Positions 29,110 through 42,965 of a stretch of DNA of 64,000 bases are shown here, one piece after another. The translations under genes were made by a program, and so were the position numbers. The notes under the pieces are model-generated. The model saw only the letters and a program-made list of their open reading frames with translations. It searched no databases and was not told the DNA's origin. The stretch is from the NCBI GenBank assembly GCA_951406725.2, contig OX597833.1, forward strand, positions 55,924,001 through 55,988,000, in the 5' to 3' direction. Position 1 is the stretch's first letter. Each line of letters begins with the position of its first letter. The stretch comes from Octopus vulgaris (taxonomy: Eukaryota).

Positions 29110-31391
29110 ACTCAATCCAAGGAATTCGCAAAATTCGATTTTGTTACCACTGTTAGTCAGGCCCTTCATATATTTTTAAATGCTCTTTAAAGACACTTTA
29201 TTGAGATAAAGCTGTATTCTTAGAAATTAAGGTAATATATTTTATAAACATGCAGGGTATTTTACCAGTGAATAAACAAAATAAGGCACATATCTAAATT
29301 TATTGATTTCCCGTACAAAACAGAAATACAAACACATCTATAATATGTATCTACAACTATTTTTATTATTATTAATATAATTATTATTATTATTATTGTT
29401 GTTGTTGTTATTGTTATTAAGGCAGTGAGCTGACAATCATAAGCACACCAGGCAAAATGCTGGTAGCATTTCATCTGAGTTCAATTCCTGCTGAGGTCAA
29501 CTTTGCCTTTCATCCTTTCATGGTTGATAAAATAAGCAACAATGACACACTGGGGTCAATGTAATCAACTAAAATTTCAGTCCTTGTGCCTATAATAGAA
29601 ACAATTATTACTACTATTAATTAATTAATTAATTAATTAATTAATTAACTAATTAAATCCTGTTGAGAATATAATTGACTGTTCCCTTCTTCAAAATCTG
29701 GGGTCTTGCGTGCTTATGTCAGAAATTAGTAATAGTAATGGTAGATTCAATAAAACAGAATTTTCTATTTTGTATTTAGTTACATAGCCTGACATTCTGA
29801 GATCAAATCTTATCTAGGTCAGCTTTATCTTTCACAATTCTGGGACTACAATTAGACTGAATCAAGAATCAACTCCACATTTCCCACATAAATGTGTGAT
29901 ATTGCGCGAATATATGAAAATATTATTACTTTTTAATTATTTTTTTCATATCACTCAACCATATTTCATTGCCATCATCTTGTTAACTAAAATTTCCACA
30001 TTGTGTTACCTGATTTTTTTTGTCTTTTTTGTTGATTTCCTTTTTTTTTAATCTGCCTGAGAGCTATTATTTTTCTGCCTGGAGCCAAAAATTTTCCTGC
30101 ATTAAAATTTGTCACATTTTTTAATGGGGTTTATGTTGATTTATATTTGCTTTTTGTTGTTGTTGTTGTTGATGTAGTTGTTCTTGCTATTATAACAGTT
30201 CTGGGTTTTTCCTTTTTTTTTTTTTGCTATTAGTGATGGAAATTTCAGTTTTTTCTGGGGTTTTTTTTTTTTTCATTTTTTCTTTACGTTAATAGAAATT
30301 AAGTGAGATAAAAAAAAAAAAAGACACCAAAAAGATTTTGTAAACTGAAATTAAAATTCAATTTCTTTAGAATGAAAAATCAAATACCAAATTTGAACTG
30401 GTAAATCAATTTTAGTTGGAGGTGGGGGCAGTTTAATTTTTTTTTTTTCTTTACTGAATTTCAATTTAAAATTTTTTTTCTGTTCATATTTTTATCTCAC
30501 TTAATTTCACTTGATAAAAAAATATCAGCTATGTCAATTTATAAAAAAAAAAAAAATAACAAAAAAAAAGAAACTGAAAGAAACAAATAGAAATTGCCAT
30601 CTTTCCTGTTATGCTTCAGGTGTGTAACTAACTCACTGCCTTTCTTTCAATACTTTGCTGCCAGCAACAGCACAGTGAATTTGATCCCTGCTACACCTGC
30701 TAACTAAATAATAATGCATCGCAGCATCATTCCGAGTTACTTCAAATTTCATTCATCATATAAGTTCCAAAAATATTTAAGAGAGGGGTCATGTAAACAG
30801 CAATAATGTTTAAGGTTCACAATTGTCGTATCCAACAACCACTGTACTTTAATTGTCTACAGGCGCAGGAGTGACTGTGTGGTAAGTAGCTTGTTTACCA
30901 ACCACATGGTTCCGTGTTCAGTCCCACTGCGTGGCACCTTGGGCAAGTGTCTTCTACTATAGCCTCGGGCCAAACAAAGCCTTGTGAGTGGATTTGGTAG
31001 ACGGAAACTGAAAGAAGCCTGTCGTATATATATATATAAATATGCGTGTGTAAGTTTGTGTGTCCGTGTTTTTCCCCCTAGCATTGCTTGACAACCGATG
31101 CTGGTGTGTTTACGTCTCCGTCACTTAGCGGTTCAGCAAAAGAGACTGATAGAATAAGTACTGGGCTTACAAAGAATAAGTCCCGGGGTCGATTTGCTCG
31201 ACTAAAGGCGGTGCTCCAGCATGGCCGCAGTCAAATGACTGAAACATGTAAAAAAAAATATATATATAAGTTCCAAAAATATTTAAGAGAGGGGTTATGT
31301 AAACAGCAATAATGTTTAAGGTTTACAATTGTCGTATCCAACAACCACTATACTTTAATTGTCTGCAGGTCCTTAAACCAGTTTTGACAAC

Positions 31392-31805
31392 TTTATTTTT
31401 TCTGCACCCTTTTAAAGCCTAGCCAGGCTCATGGGCCCGGTTTCCCGGTTTCTACAGCGTGTGTGTTCCCTAGTTGGATGGGACGCCAGTCCATTGCAGC
31501 GTTACTCATTTTTGCCAGCTGAGTGGACTGGAGCAACGTGAAATGAAGTGGGTTTTTTTGCACCCTTTTAAAGCCTAGCCAGGCTCATGGACCCGGTTTC
31601 CCGGTTTCTACGGCATGTGTGTTCCCTAGTTGGATGGAACGCCAGTCCATCGCAGCGTTACTCATTTTTGCCAGCTGAGTGGACTGGAGCAACGTGAAAT
31701 GAAGTGTTTTGCTCAAGAACACAACGCGTCGCCCGGTCCAGGAATCGAAACCACAATCTTACGATCATTATGCTGACACCCTAACCACTAAGCCATGCAC
31801 CTCCA
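31392..31805 (-). mobile_element. tRNA-derived SINE family D with a duplicated 3' part (other copies 54048-54297 +, about 41660-41900 -)
   Basis: 13-bp TSD cagttttgacaac. The 54048 copy has a 16-bp TSD, ttatgtgtatgaggat. Head GCATGGCTTAGTGGTTAGGGTG...GGTTTCGATTCC; the block gcgatgga.tggc.tcccatccag resembles the V-SINE domain from memory. Confidence 0.82.
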
Positions 31806-32374
31806 CAGTTTTGACAACAGTTGTAGAAAAAAAAATCAACACTCCCAATCATGCTATTTAAGCCAAAATCTTAAGAATTTAACAGCAGGTAAGGAATCGT
31901 GTGAACACTGAAGTATAACTCTTGTCTTCTTTCATTTATAATAATGTATTTATTGTATACAGAGCTCAGGTGCACTGCAACTCATCAGAAAAACTTATCA
32001 AAACTGCATCAACACTACATAAAATATACACAAGAAATGAACAGTGGACAAATCTTGAAACAAACAAAAAATAGAAGCTTACTTCTCTCCAAGATCAAGT
32101 GCTATCTCTGACTAAGTGTAATCCATGTCAAAAAGCTGTGAGGGAAATGTTTTTTTTTTACCAAGTATACTATTCTTCAAACTAGGTTGTCTTTATTCTT
32201 CAATCTGAGACAGTGACAATACTACTGTTACATATACAGACATCAGCAGTGGTGCTAGAATGTGTGCCACCCTGGGCAGCTGCTCTTGAGTTTTCTCTCC
32301 AGCCACCCCACCCCCAACAGAAATTTGGGCCAGATATAGCTCATTTAAATACTCAAAGGTCAAAGAATATCAAC

Positions 32375-32922
32375 ATGATATAAAATATGTGATATTATAT
32401 AATATAAAATATGTGACATTATAAAATATGTGATATTATATAATATAAGATATGTGACATTATAAAATATGCGATATTATATAATATAAAATATTTGACA
32501 TTATTAGATATGTGATATTATATAATATAAAACATGTGACATTATAAAATATGTGCTATTATATAATATAAAATATGTGATGTTATATAATATAAAATAT
32601 GTGGTATTATATAATATAAAATATGTGATATTATATAATATAAAATATGTGGTATTATGTAATATAAAATATGTGATATTATATAATATAAAACATGTGA
32701 TGTTATATAATATAAATATGTGATATTATATAATATAAAATATGTGATATTATATAATATAAAATACGTGATATTATATAATATAAAATATGTGATATTA
32801 TATAATATAAAATATGTGATATTATATAATATAAAATATGTGATATTGTATAATATAAAATATGTGATATTGTATAATATAAAATATGTGATATTATATA
32901 ATATAAAATATGTGACATTATA
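32375..32922. repeat. Second array of the same 24-bp minisatellite
   Basis: Same unit and the same flanking sequence on both sides as 25894-26488. Confidence 0.95.
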
Positions 32923-33551
32923 AGTACCAAGTTCAGGCAAAAAAATGACAACAGGCCCACTCCAGCCCCCCTCCCCCAACAGAAAAATATAACATAATGC
33001 ACAGTAGTTCCCTCTAAAAGTAGCGTTCCCTTGAAAAGCATTGCTAGCCCAGGGTAGACCACACCCTCACCCTTACCCTAGCAAGACACACCAAAGAGTA
33101 TAAAAATAAGACCAATTGATTGACATGAAGTCATTCATCAATGTATTCCTGCCTCTGGCTAACTGACATGCTGTATCCTCATTCTGCCTTTTCTACTGCT
33201 ACTACAGTGACTTGTGTTCCTCAGAATTGAATCATCTTGTAACATCTCCTCTAAGGCGCTCCCAAATCACTCATCCCTCCTCTCACTATCCTCTTACTAT
33301 AAACCATTGCAGCCTTCCATGTGCTGGGCTGTTTACCCAGTTATTATCATCTTATTATGCCAAATAATTTCTCTGAAGGAGGGAACACAATGAATGATGA
33401 TAAGATTTTATATGATTATTATATGATCCACTTTTGATTACCTCTTAGAACAGCCTCTCTTTCTTTGAATCCCAGTTGCCTTCTTTTGGTTGGCAGCATG
33501 ATCATTACAAGACCTCAGTTCACTCCCAATGTCTCGGTTGAAACAATTTTA

Positions 33552-35943
33552 GCTGCAAACTAATTTTATTGACGTCAATGTGTTCATATTGAATCAGCAT
33601 TTGTCAAAAACAAGTGTTAAAACAACATCTATCACTTGATGTCTATTTACATTGATGCATTTCTGAAGACGTTCTTGGAAATTGGTCTCCACTCTCTCCA
33701 GCATTGCTCTGTCAATTTGGGTGACTTCCACATGAATAGCTTCCTTTAAATCATCCACTGTATGAGGCTTATGGGCATACGCATGTGCTTTGAGGTTTCT
33801 CCACAAGAAATAATCACACATGGTAAAATCAGGGGACCAAGGGAACCAAGGAATGCCAGCAAAATTGGAAATGAGGCGATCACTGAAGAGAGGGTGAAGA
33901 ACGTCCATTGATACTCTGGCTGTGTGGGCCATCACCCCACCCTGCTGAAACCACACACATTAAACAGGCATATGTTTTCATCATAGTTCAGACACAAAGT
34001 AGTTGTTTATCATCTCAATGTAACACTCAGAGTTCACAGTAACAGCATTTCCATTATTGACTTCAAAAAAGTAGGAGCCAAAAAAGTAAGAGCAGCCTTT
34101 CCAACAATGTACCAGATCATCACTTTTGGGCTGTGCAGTGGTCTTTCATGCAATTCTCTCAGAATTTCAAGAGCCCAATAACGACAGTTCTGTTGATTCA
34201 CCATGCCATTGAGATGAAAATTAGCTTCATCACTCATTAACAAAATGAGGTTGTCATTTGCCTCAAAAATCGCTTCCATCTGACATGAGATGTGCATAGT
34301 CCCATGATTTCAACTGTTGCCCAATGACCAATTTGTACAGGTGGAAATGCAAGTTTTCATGCAAAATATGCCTTACAGATTGAATACCAATGCCAGTTTC
34401 AGTAAAATGCCTCCAAGCAGAGTGATTTGGGTTTCGTATCAAAGCTTGTCTGATGCATTCCACATTTTCCATGGACCGTACCATTCGTGGTGCCCCCACC
34501 GGTTCATTAGTGTACCTTATGTATGAAGTACATTTACCCAACAAAAGATTGTTATGGATGGGAACAGCCTGATTTCTGTTGATTCACCATGCCATTGAGA
34601 TGAAAATGAGCTTCATCTCTCATTAACAAAATGAGGTTGTCATTTGCCTCAAAAATTGCTTCCATCTGACATGCAAAGTTAAGCTGCTGTGCATAGTCCT
34701 ATGGTTTCAATTGTTGCCCAATGACCAATTTGTACAAGTTCAGTTGAATGTCTCCAAGCAGAAAGATTCGGACTCCATATCAAAGCTTGTCTGATGCATT
34801 CCACATTTTCCTGCCGGTCTCCTGTTCATTAGTGTACCTTATGTATGAAGTACATTCACCCAACATAAGATTGTTATGGATGGGAACAGCCTGATTTCTG
34901 TTGATTCACCATGTCATTGAGATGAAAATTAGCTTCATCACTCATTAACAAAACGAGGTTGTCATTTGCCTCAAAAATTGCTTACATCTGATGTGTGAAG
35001 TTAAGCTGCTGTGCATAGTCCTATGGTTTCAATTGTTGCCCAATGACCAATTTGTACTGGTGGAAATGCAGATCAATGCCAAGTTCAGTTGAATGCCTCA
35101 AAGCAGAAGGATTCAGACTCCATATCAAAGCTTGTCTGATGCATTCCACATTTCCAAGGGTCCACACCATACGTGGCACCCCCACCAGTCGCCTATTCAT
35201 TAGTGTACTTCGTGTATGAAGTGCATTCACCCAACATAAGATTGTGTTATGGGTGGGAACTGCCTGATTTCAGTGAATGACGAAGTGATGCCAAAACTCA
35301 CCCTGAACTGCTGTAACAGACTCATTATTCTTTGCGTAATTGTTGTAGGCAAACAGGCACAGGAGTGGCTGTGTGGTAAGTAGCTTGTTTACCAACCACA
35401 TGGTTCTGGGTTCAGTCCCACTGTGTGGCACCTTGGGCAAGTGTCTTCTACTATAGCCTCAGGCCAAACAAAGCCTTGTGAGTGGATTTGGTAGACGGAA
35501 ACTGAAAAGAATCCCGTCGTATATATGTATATATATATATATATGCGTGTGTGTGTATGTTTGTGTGTCTGTGTTTGTCCCCCTAGCATTGCTTGACAAC
35601 CGATGCTGGTGTGTTTATGTCCCCGTTACTTAGTGGTTCGGCAAAAGAGACCGATAGAATAAGTACTGGGCTTACAAAAAAAAAAAGAATAAGTCTCGGG
35701 GTCGAGTTGCTCGATTAAAGGTGGTGCTCCAGCATGGCCGCAGTCAAATGACTGCAACAAGTAAAAGAGTAAAAGAGTAAACACACGATGCTCTATTGTC
35801 CACAGTGCCATGGCTGCACCTGAAAAGAAAAAAAAATTTGCTAAGACACCACTGACTGAATGGTGACTGTCAGGCATATGTCCCTCCCACTGTGGTTGAG
35901 TAATAGCCATTTCAAAAATGTCCATCCTCTCTGCCTCACCCTG
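33552..35943 (-). mobile_element. Decayed Tc1/mariner DNA transposon, DD41D (rosa/Visitor-like), with a transposase pseudogene
   Basis: Minus-strand fragments MALWTIEHRVF (ATG at 35811), MSDEANFHLNGMVNQQNCRYW and WFQQ[G]G...WSPDFTMCDYFLW. There are 41 residues between the mutated second Asp position and the third Asp. One end reads CACCCTG|TA. Frameshifts, internal triplication and a SINE insertion are present. Confidence 0.85.
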
Positions 35944-37803
35944 TACAACTTCTATGCAATAAAAGCCATATTGCTTGATCTGTGAGAAAGTAAAGGAGGC
36001 TGTATGTAACCGTGCAACTGGCTCAATGTAGCTGCCATATCTTCCTCAGTAAACTTCCTGCTCTCTTTAAAATATAGACCTGCATCTTGTGAGGCTGAGA
36101 TCTTTGGCCAACATGCTCTACAAGGGTACCATAACTAGAATGCTGGAAGCACTCCGTCGGTTACGACGATGAGGGTTCCGGTTGATCTGATCAACGGAAC
36201 AGCCTGCTCGTGAAATTAACGTGTAAGTGGCTGAGCACTCCACAGACACGTGTACCCTTAACGTAGTTCTCGGGGATATTCAGCGTGACACAGAGAGTGA
36301 CAAGGCCGGTCCTTTGAAATACAGGTACAACAGAAACAGGAAGTAAGAGTGAGAGAGAGTTGTGATGAAAGAGTACACCAGGGATCACCACCATCCCTGC
36401 CGGAGCCCCGTGGAGCTTTAGATGTTTTCGCTCAATAAACACTCACAACGCCCAGTCTAGGAATCGAAACCACGATCCTACGACCGCGAGTCCGCTGCCC
36501 CAACCACTGGGCCATTGCGCCTCCACAACTAGAATGTGAGTCATACAACATGCACTACTTTTGTGAATCCTTCAAATGTGGAAAAACTTAGTAAAAGTAA
36601 GAGGCACAATACCTGTGAGCTACTGACCACATAATTACAAGTTCAAATATTCTTTTCTACTCTAGGGCACAAGGCTCGAAATTTTTGGGGGTGTAGGGCC
36701 AGTCAATTAGATCTACCTCAGAATGCAACTGGTAGTTAATTTATCGACCCCGAAAGGATGATGAAAGGCAAAGTCGACCTCGGTGGAATTTGAACTCAGA
36801 ACATAAAGACAGACAAAATACCTATTTCTTTACTACCCACAAGTGGGTACACACAGAGAAGACAAACAAGGACAGACAACGGACTAAGTCGATTATATCG
36901 ACCCCAGTGCATAACTGGTACTTAATTAATCAACCCCGAAAGGATGAAAGGCAAAGTCGACTTTAGCGGAATTTGAACTCAGAACATAAAGACAGACGAA
37001 ATACCTATTTCTTTACTACCCACAAGGGGCTAAACATAGAGGGGACAAACAAGGACAGACACACAGATTAAGTTGATTATATCGACCCCAGTGCGTAACT
37101 GGTACTTATTTAATCGATCCCGAAAGGATGAAAGGCAAAGTCGACCTTGGTTGAATTTGAACTCAGAACGTAACGGCAGACGAAATACTGCTAAGCATTT
37201 TGCCAGGCGTGTTAACGTTTCTGCCAGCTTGCTTTCTTACAAGTTCAAATATTACTGCTAAATCTAAACTGCCTGGCAGCAATGAGTATATTCAGTGATA
37301 AGATTTCAGAAAGTCAAGACCATGACAAAATTCCAGTTCTATGTTGAATTTGGTTCCATTCATGTACATGGCGAATACCTTCTGGGAAAGCATAAAAAGG
37401 ACCCACACAGAGTGGAATTGATTATCACTTAAGCCAATTCAAAACTACACTTAATAAATATTAATTTTTTTAAAAATTAGCATAAGATTTATTATTAAGA
37501 AACTATTAAGCACAAGTGTGTGTATGTATGTGTGTGTGTGTATGGAGGGAGAGAGAGGGGAGAGAGGGAGAAAGAGTGAGAAATAAATAGATAGATAGTA
37601 GATAGATATAGATATATAAATATATCTGTAAATATAATATGTGACAATTATTTGTAGCCATGATAAAACTCAGAGTTGGGGTTTTATCATGGCTACCGAA
37701 TAATTGTCACATATATTTACAGATAAACTCCTCTATTTACATAAAATCGAGGCCTTTTTCATTCTTTTGTTGTCTTACCATTTCTATCGATATATGTGTG
37801 TGC

Positions 37804-37834
<31 letters not shown>

Positions 37835-38072
37835 AGGGAATCTTACTTTGCTTATAAAATCTCTATATTTTGATGTACTCATTTTAAACTCTGTTGGACT
37901 TTTGGACTTTACTCATAGGATATTGGAATATTGCATATATACCATTATGCCTGTAAAATGGATTTACAACTTCAGTACCCATAAATATCTTGCATCTATT
38001 TTCTTTCCTCCACCTCACTCTATATTTTCTATCACATCTAAACTAACTATGACTTAACCATCCTCTCACACT

Positions 38073-38124
38073 GTCTCCGATGAAGGGATATAATTGATAA
38101 ATATCCTGGAAACAGCTGTAAGAC
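38073..38124 (+). ncRNA. Hammerhead-like motif with a variant core (second copy 57925-57977 on -)
   Basis: GUCU-CCGAUGA-agggaua...uauccug-GAAAC-AGCU-GUA-AGAC. Stems I to III can pair; core U4 is replaced by C in both copies. Confidence 0.5.
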
Positions 38125-38183
38125 CATCTATCTATAAATGCTCTGATATCTACACAGCCTTGGTTTTTTATCTCATTACGCAA

Positions 38184-38216
<33 letters not shown>

Positions 38217-39377
38217 ACAAAGTGGAGTTGTAGGGTACCGCACGAGTGAAATTATATACGAAAGAAGGTTTGAAAATGCAATTTTAAAAGATGTTTATTT
38301 GCTTTACTGGTTTCACTCTTTGGAAAAAGATTGTCAAAAGTAACATGTAGAAGTTTGGTTGCGTTAATTATTGGTTGTTACAAATTGCTACATTACATAT
38401 ATACAGTCTTTGGTAACAAGGACATGTTAAGGACATTAAAAAGTTTAACAAGTTCCTTAAAATATTGGGCACAAAAGATTACTACAAAAATAATCATTCT
38501 CAAGAACATGCTTAAGATAGTTTCCAGAAGGAATTATTAAAAAGTTCAGTGGGATATTGGTATTGGTATTGTATCTGTATATATAAATACTAGCTTAAAA
38601 GCCACACCCTGTGCAGACATTTAAGTTAGCTCCTGTGGAGGGCTAACTAGGTTTGCGGCCCAAAACTAAAGAGAGCTAAATAGCATGCTTGTAATATGTC
38701 TATAATGACTATATATGCCCTGGTGGTGTTTGATCAGAGGTTAAGGATGGATGAGAATTAATTCTGTGATGCAGTCATTCTAGTGTTCCAGTCCCAAGTT
38801 CAATTCCAACTGTTGATCATTTTGTCCCAAAGTTCTTATCTTGGCATAAAAGTAATGAAGCAAATGTCATTTTTCCCCACCTTGTTCTCTGATGTCATCT
38901 GACAAATGCCACTAAGATGGCATGAATCAGCCAAGAATCAACCTGCTAGAAATAGCAACCCAAATGCTTTTAAATCAGAGCCCAATGCTGGATGTTGAAG
39001 AACCAAATGAAGGGCAAATTTTCAATCCCAAGATCATCTTGATTCCAAATGTCTATGTAGGGCAAATATAGACTGAGATACAGGGGTCCCAGACGGACAG
39101 ACAGAATTTTGCTTTTATTAACATATATGCATGTATGTATGTATGTATGGATATATGTATGTATGTGTGTATGTGTATGTATGTGTGTGTGTATGTATGT
39201 ATGTATGTATGTGTGTATGTATATATGTATGTGTATGTATGTGCATGTATGTGTGTATGTATGTGTGTATGTATGTATGTGTATTTATGTGTGTATGTAT
39301 GTATGTATGTATATATGTGTATGTATCTATGTATGTATACTCTTTTACTTGTTTATATATATATATATATAGACATG

Positions 39378-39417
<40 letters not shown>

Positions 39418-39652
39418 CATGTATATATATTCTTTTATTCTTTTACTCGTCTCAGTCATTTGACTGAGGCCATGCTGGAACACTGCCTTTAGTCGAACAA
39501 ATCGACCTCAGAATTTATTCTTTGTAAGCCTAGTACTTATTTTATTGGTTCTCTTTTGCTGAACTGCTAAGTTACAGGGACATAAACACACCAACATCAG
39601 TTGTCAAGTGATGGCGGGGTAACAAACACAAACAGACAAGCACACACACACA

Positions 39653-39718
<66 letters not shown>

Positions 39719-39972
39719 ACACATATAAATATATATATGATAGGCTTCTTTCAGTTTCCGTCAACCAAATCTACTCACAAGGCTTTGGTTGCTCCAAGGC
39801 TATAGTAGAAAACAGACACTTGCCCAGGGTGCCACACAGTGGAACCGAACCTGGAACCATGTGGTTGCAAAGCAAGCTTCTTACCACACAGCCACTCCTA
39901 TGTGACCGAGTGTGTATCTTTGGTGATTTTTTTTCCTCCGTCTTCCATTCCTTGTATCTTTCCTTTTTCTAT

Positions 39973-40008
39973 GTTTCTGATGAAGAGCTCCGCTTGAAAC
40001 GTTAAATC
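39973..40008 (+). ncRNA. Minimal hammerhead-like motif
   Basis: uuu-CUGAUGA-agagc-ucc-gcuu-GAAAC-GUUA-aa. A relative with core CUGUAGA is at 40208-40245 (+) and 3064-3099 (-). Confidence 0.45.
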
Positions 40009-40105
40009 CTCCTTCTTTCTTTCCTTTCCTGAGCATCCAATATCACTATACTTGTTCCACGTCCTCGCGTTGTTGCATTTTCCCGTTGTGTTTTCATATT
40101 TGGAT

Positions 40106-40143
<38 letters not shown>

Positions 40144-40335
40144 TTGCCATGATAGATCGTTAGCCACTACACACATTTTTCTTCTCTCCTTGTTTTTTTC
40201 TGTGTCCCTTTCTGTAGAAGAGCGTAGGCTCGAAACGTAAGAGACTTTTTCTATTCCTGAGCGTTATACTAATACATCTGTTTGTTTTCTACACCACCTG
40301 CCTTCGTCTTTTGTTTTTTCTGTAAACTCTCCCAG

Positions 40336-40379
<44 letters not shown>

Positions 40380-40577
40380 TATACTTGTTTCAGTCATTTT
40401 GACTGCGACCATGCTGGAGCACTGTCTTTAGTCGAGCAAATCGACCCCGGGACTTATTCTTTGTAAGCCCAGTAGTTATTCTATCGGTCTCTTTTGCCGA
40501 ACCGCTAAGTGACGGGGACATAAACACACCAGCATCGGTTGTCAAGCAATGCTAGGGGGACAAACACAGACACACAA

Positions 40578-40638
<61 letters not shown>

Positions 40639-42280
40639 TACGACAGGCTTCTTTCAGTTTCCGTCTACCAAATCCACTCACAAGACACTTGCCCAAGATG
40701 CCATGCAGTGATATATATATATATGATGGGCTTCCATATATAATTTTCTTCAACAAATTCTACTCAAAAAGCATTGGTCAGCTCAGGACTACTGTAGAAC
40801 ATTTAACAACAGATATTGTTCTTTTTCAATTTATTTAACAAATAACCCCAAATTATTAAAATGTTTCATCGTTATTGTTGTTTTATTGCTGTTGCTGCTG
40901 CTGCTTCTGCTGTTGTTGCTTTGTTTTTATTAATGTTGTTGTTGCTTCTACTGATGCTGTTACTGTTTTGCTTTTGTTATTTTTGTTATTTTTGTTCTTG
41001 TTTTTAGCCCCAGGTCAGGTCAACTCTGATCAAGCAAACCCATGATTGAAAGGTAATGCAATTGAGACCATTCCCTTTTTCTTTTCAGCTGCAGTATATC
41101 TATAATCACTGTAGCCTATCTGCTTTTCTTCTTTTTTTTTTTTTAATACTAGGGTGAGATTTGAGGAACATCTGGCTGTTTTTTCTAAGAGGTCAAATAA
41201 TCAGGTAGAGGCCCTGCTTTCAATTCAAGGGAGTCAATTCATACTCCAGAATAATTCAAATATCCTCAAACATTTATCAGGCCCATCAATTATACATTGT
41301 TTCCTCATAGAAGAATTAGTAAGGTCATTAGAGTATCTGAACCAAATGTCCTGTGGTATTTGTTCCAGCTCACAGTGCAATGAGTTCAGATCTCATTAAG
41401 GTCAACTTCTGAGGGAGGGCTGATAGATAAAATGGCCAGTCAAGGTTGCAGATCAAGAGAATTGTAAGAACATTGGATAAAGTGTCTTGCAATATTTATT
41501 CGGTCTTACCACTTGGTCCTGAAGCTCCTTTAGCAGAGTCTTCTCCGCTAGGATTACTTCCGGCCTTTATCTCACCAGTCTCAGAAATCCTGGAAGATTA
41601 AAGGGCCTAGGGCACTGCCCTTCTCTCACTGACAAAGATTTAAATTTAAGTATGTCATGAGCTCAAGAAACCATAAGGCCAGAGCTTAAGCTTCCATGGT
41701 GTATAAGAGGTTGAGATCACAACACTACCCCTGAATTGTATATTGGTCTATCACAGGGTTGACTCATTTTCAGCTGAGTGGACTAGAGAAATGTGAAATG
41801 AAGTGTTTTGCTCAAGAACACAACACTCTGCTGGTCTGGGAATTGAAACCACAACCTTACAATTGTGAGTGCAACACCTTGACCACCAGGCCGTGCGCAC
41901 TGAGTAAATGGGTAAAAAATGTATAGGTTGCTACTTCAAACAAAACTTAGTCTCAAAATATTGCTGAATCAATATTGCTGAATTATATATCTTCTTAAAC
42001 CATGGAGATGTGTTACTGAATTATTTCCTTGTTCTAATCTGTAAAATAAATTAGTGTGATACAAGTTTTGCAGATTTTCTAGTCAGGGTAAGCTGAAAGC
42101 TAAACTACAACAAAAACAACTAAATATTTTACTCTTCTATAACATTGATACTGAGAACAATAGATGGCTGAGTGACAAAATGCCAGACCACCTGTTGAGA
42201 AGCCAGCAATTCATATCTTATCAGTGGCTCTCTTTTGTGCCTATTATTCAAAAATACTTAATTCTCAAATGATCCAGTAC

Positions 42281-42965
42281 ATCATCATCAACATCATCGT
42301 TTAACGTCCGTTTTCCATGCTAGCGTGGGTTAGACGGTTCGACTGGCGTCTGGGAAGCCAGGAGGCTGCACCAGGCTCCATTCTGATCTGGCAGTGTTTC
42401 TACAGCTGGATGCCCTTCCTAATGCCAACCGCTCCATGAGTGTAGTGGGTGCTTTTTACGTGCCACCAGCACAGGGGCCAGAGGAGACTGGCAGTGACCA
42501 CGATTGGTTGGTGCTTTTTACATGCCACTGGCACGGAAGTCAGTCAAGGCGGCACTTGCATCAGCCATGTTTGGATGGTGCTTTTTACGTGCCACCAGCA
42601 CAGGGGCCAGAGGAGGCTGGCAATGGCCACGATTGGTTGGTGCTTTTTACATGCCACTGGCACAGAAGCCAGTCAAGGCGGCACTTGCAGCGGCCATGTT
42701 TGGATGGTGCTTTTTACGTGCCACCAGTACGGGTATCACAACTACAATTTTCATTTGATTTTCATTTTGATGTTGATGTACTTGACTCAATAGGTTTTCT
42801 TAAGCACAGCAGGTCGCCCTGTGATCCAAAGTACTTTTGAATGGGCTGGGCCTGGTTATGCGAAACTGGTGTAGGATACAGCCATGAACTCACTTTTATT
42901 TGCTGGGTCTTCGCAGTCACAGCATATCTCCAGAGGTCTCGGTCTTTCATCATTGCCTCTGTGAA
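42281..42965 (-). mobile_element. 3' end of an RTE-like LINE or derived element (related copies 56905-57370 +, 43500-43700 -, 52820-53190 +)
   Basis: Minus frame ...MKDRDLWRYAV... resembles the RTE ORF C-terminus. Tail ggacgttaaacgatgatg.. and an internal tandem duplication of about 129 bp. Confidence 0.6.

Noticed and set aside
25879-33062. YNIKYVIL / ISHILYY repeat proteins
   Set aside because: They are translations of the 24-bp AT-rich minisatellite.
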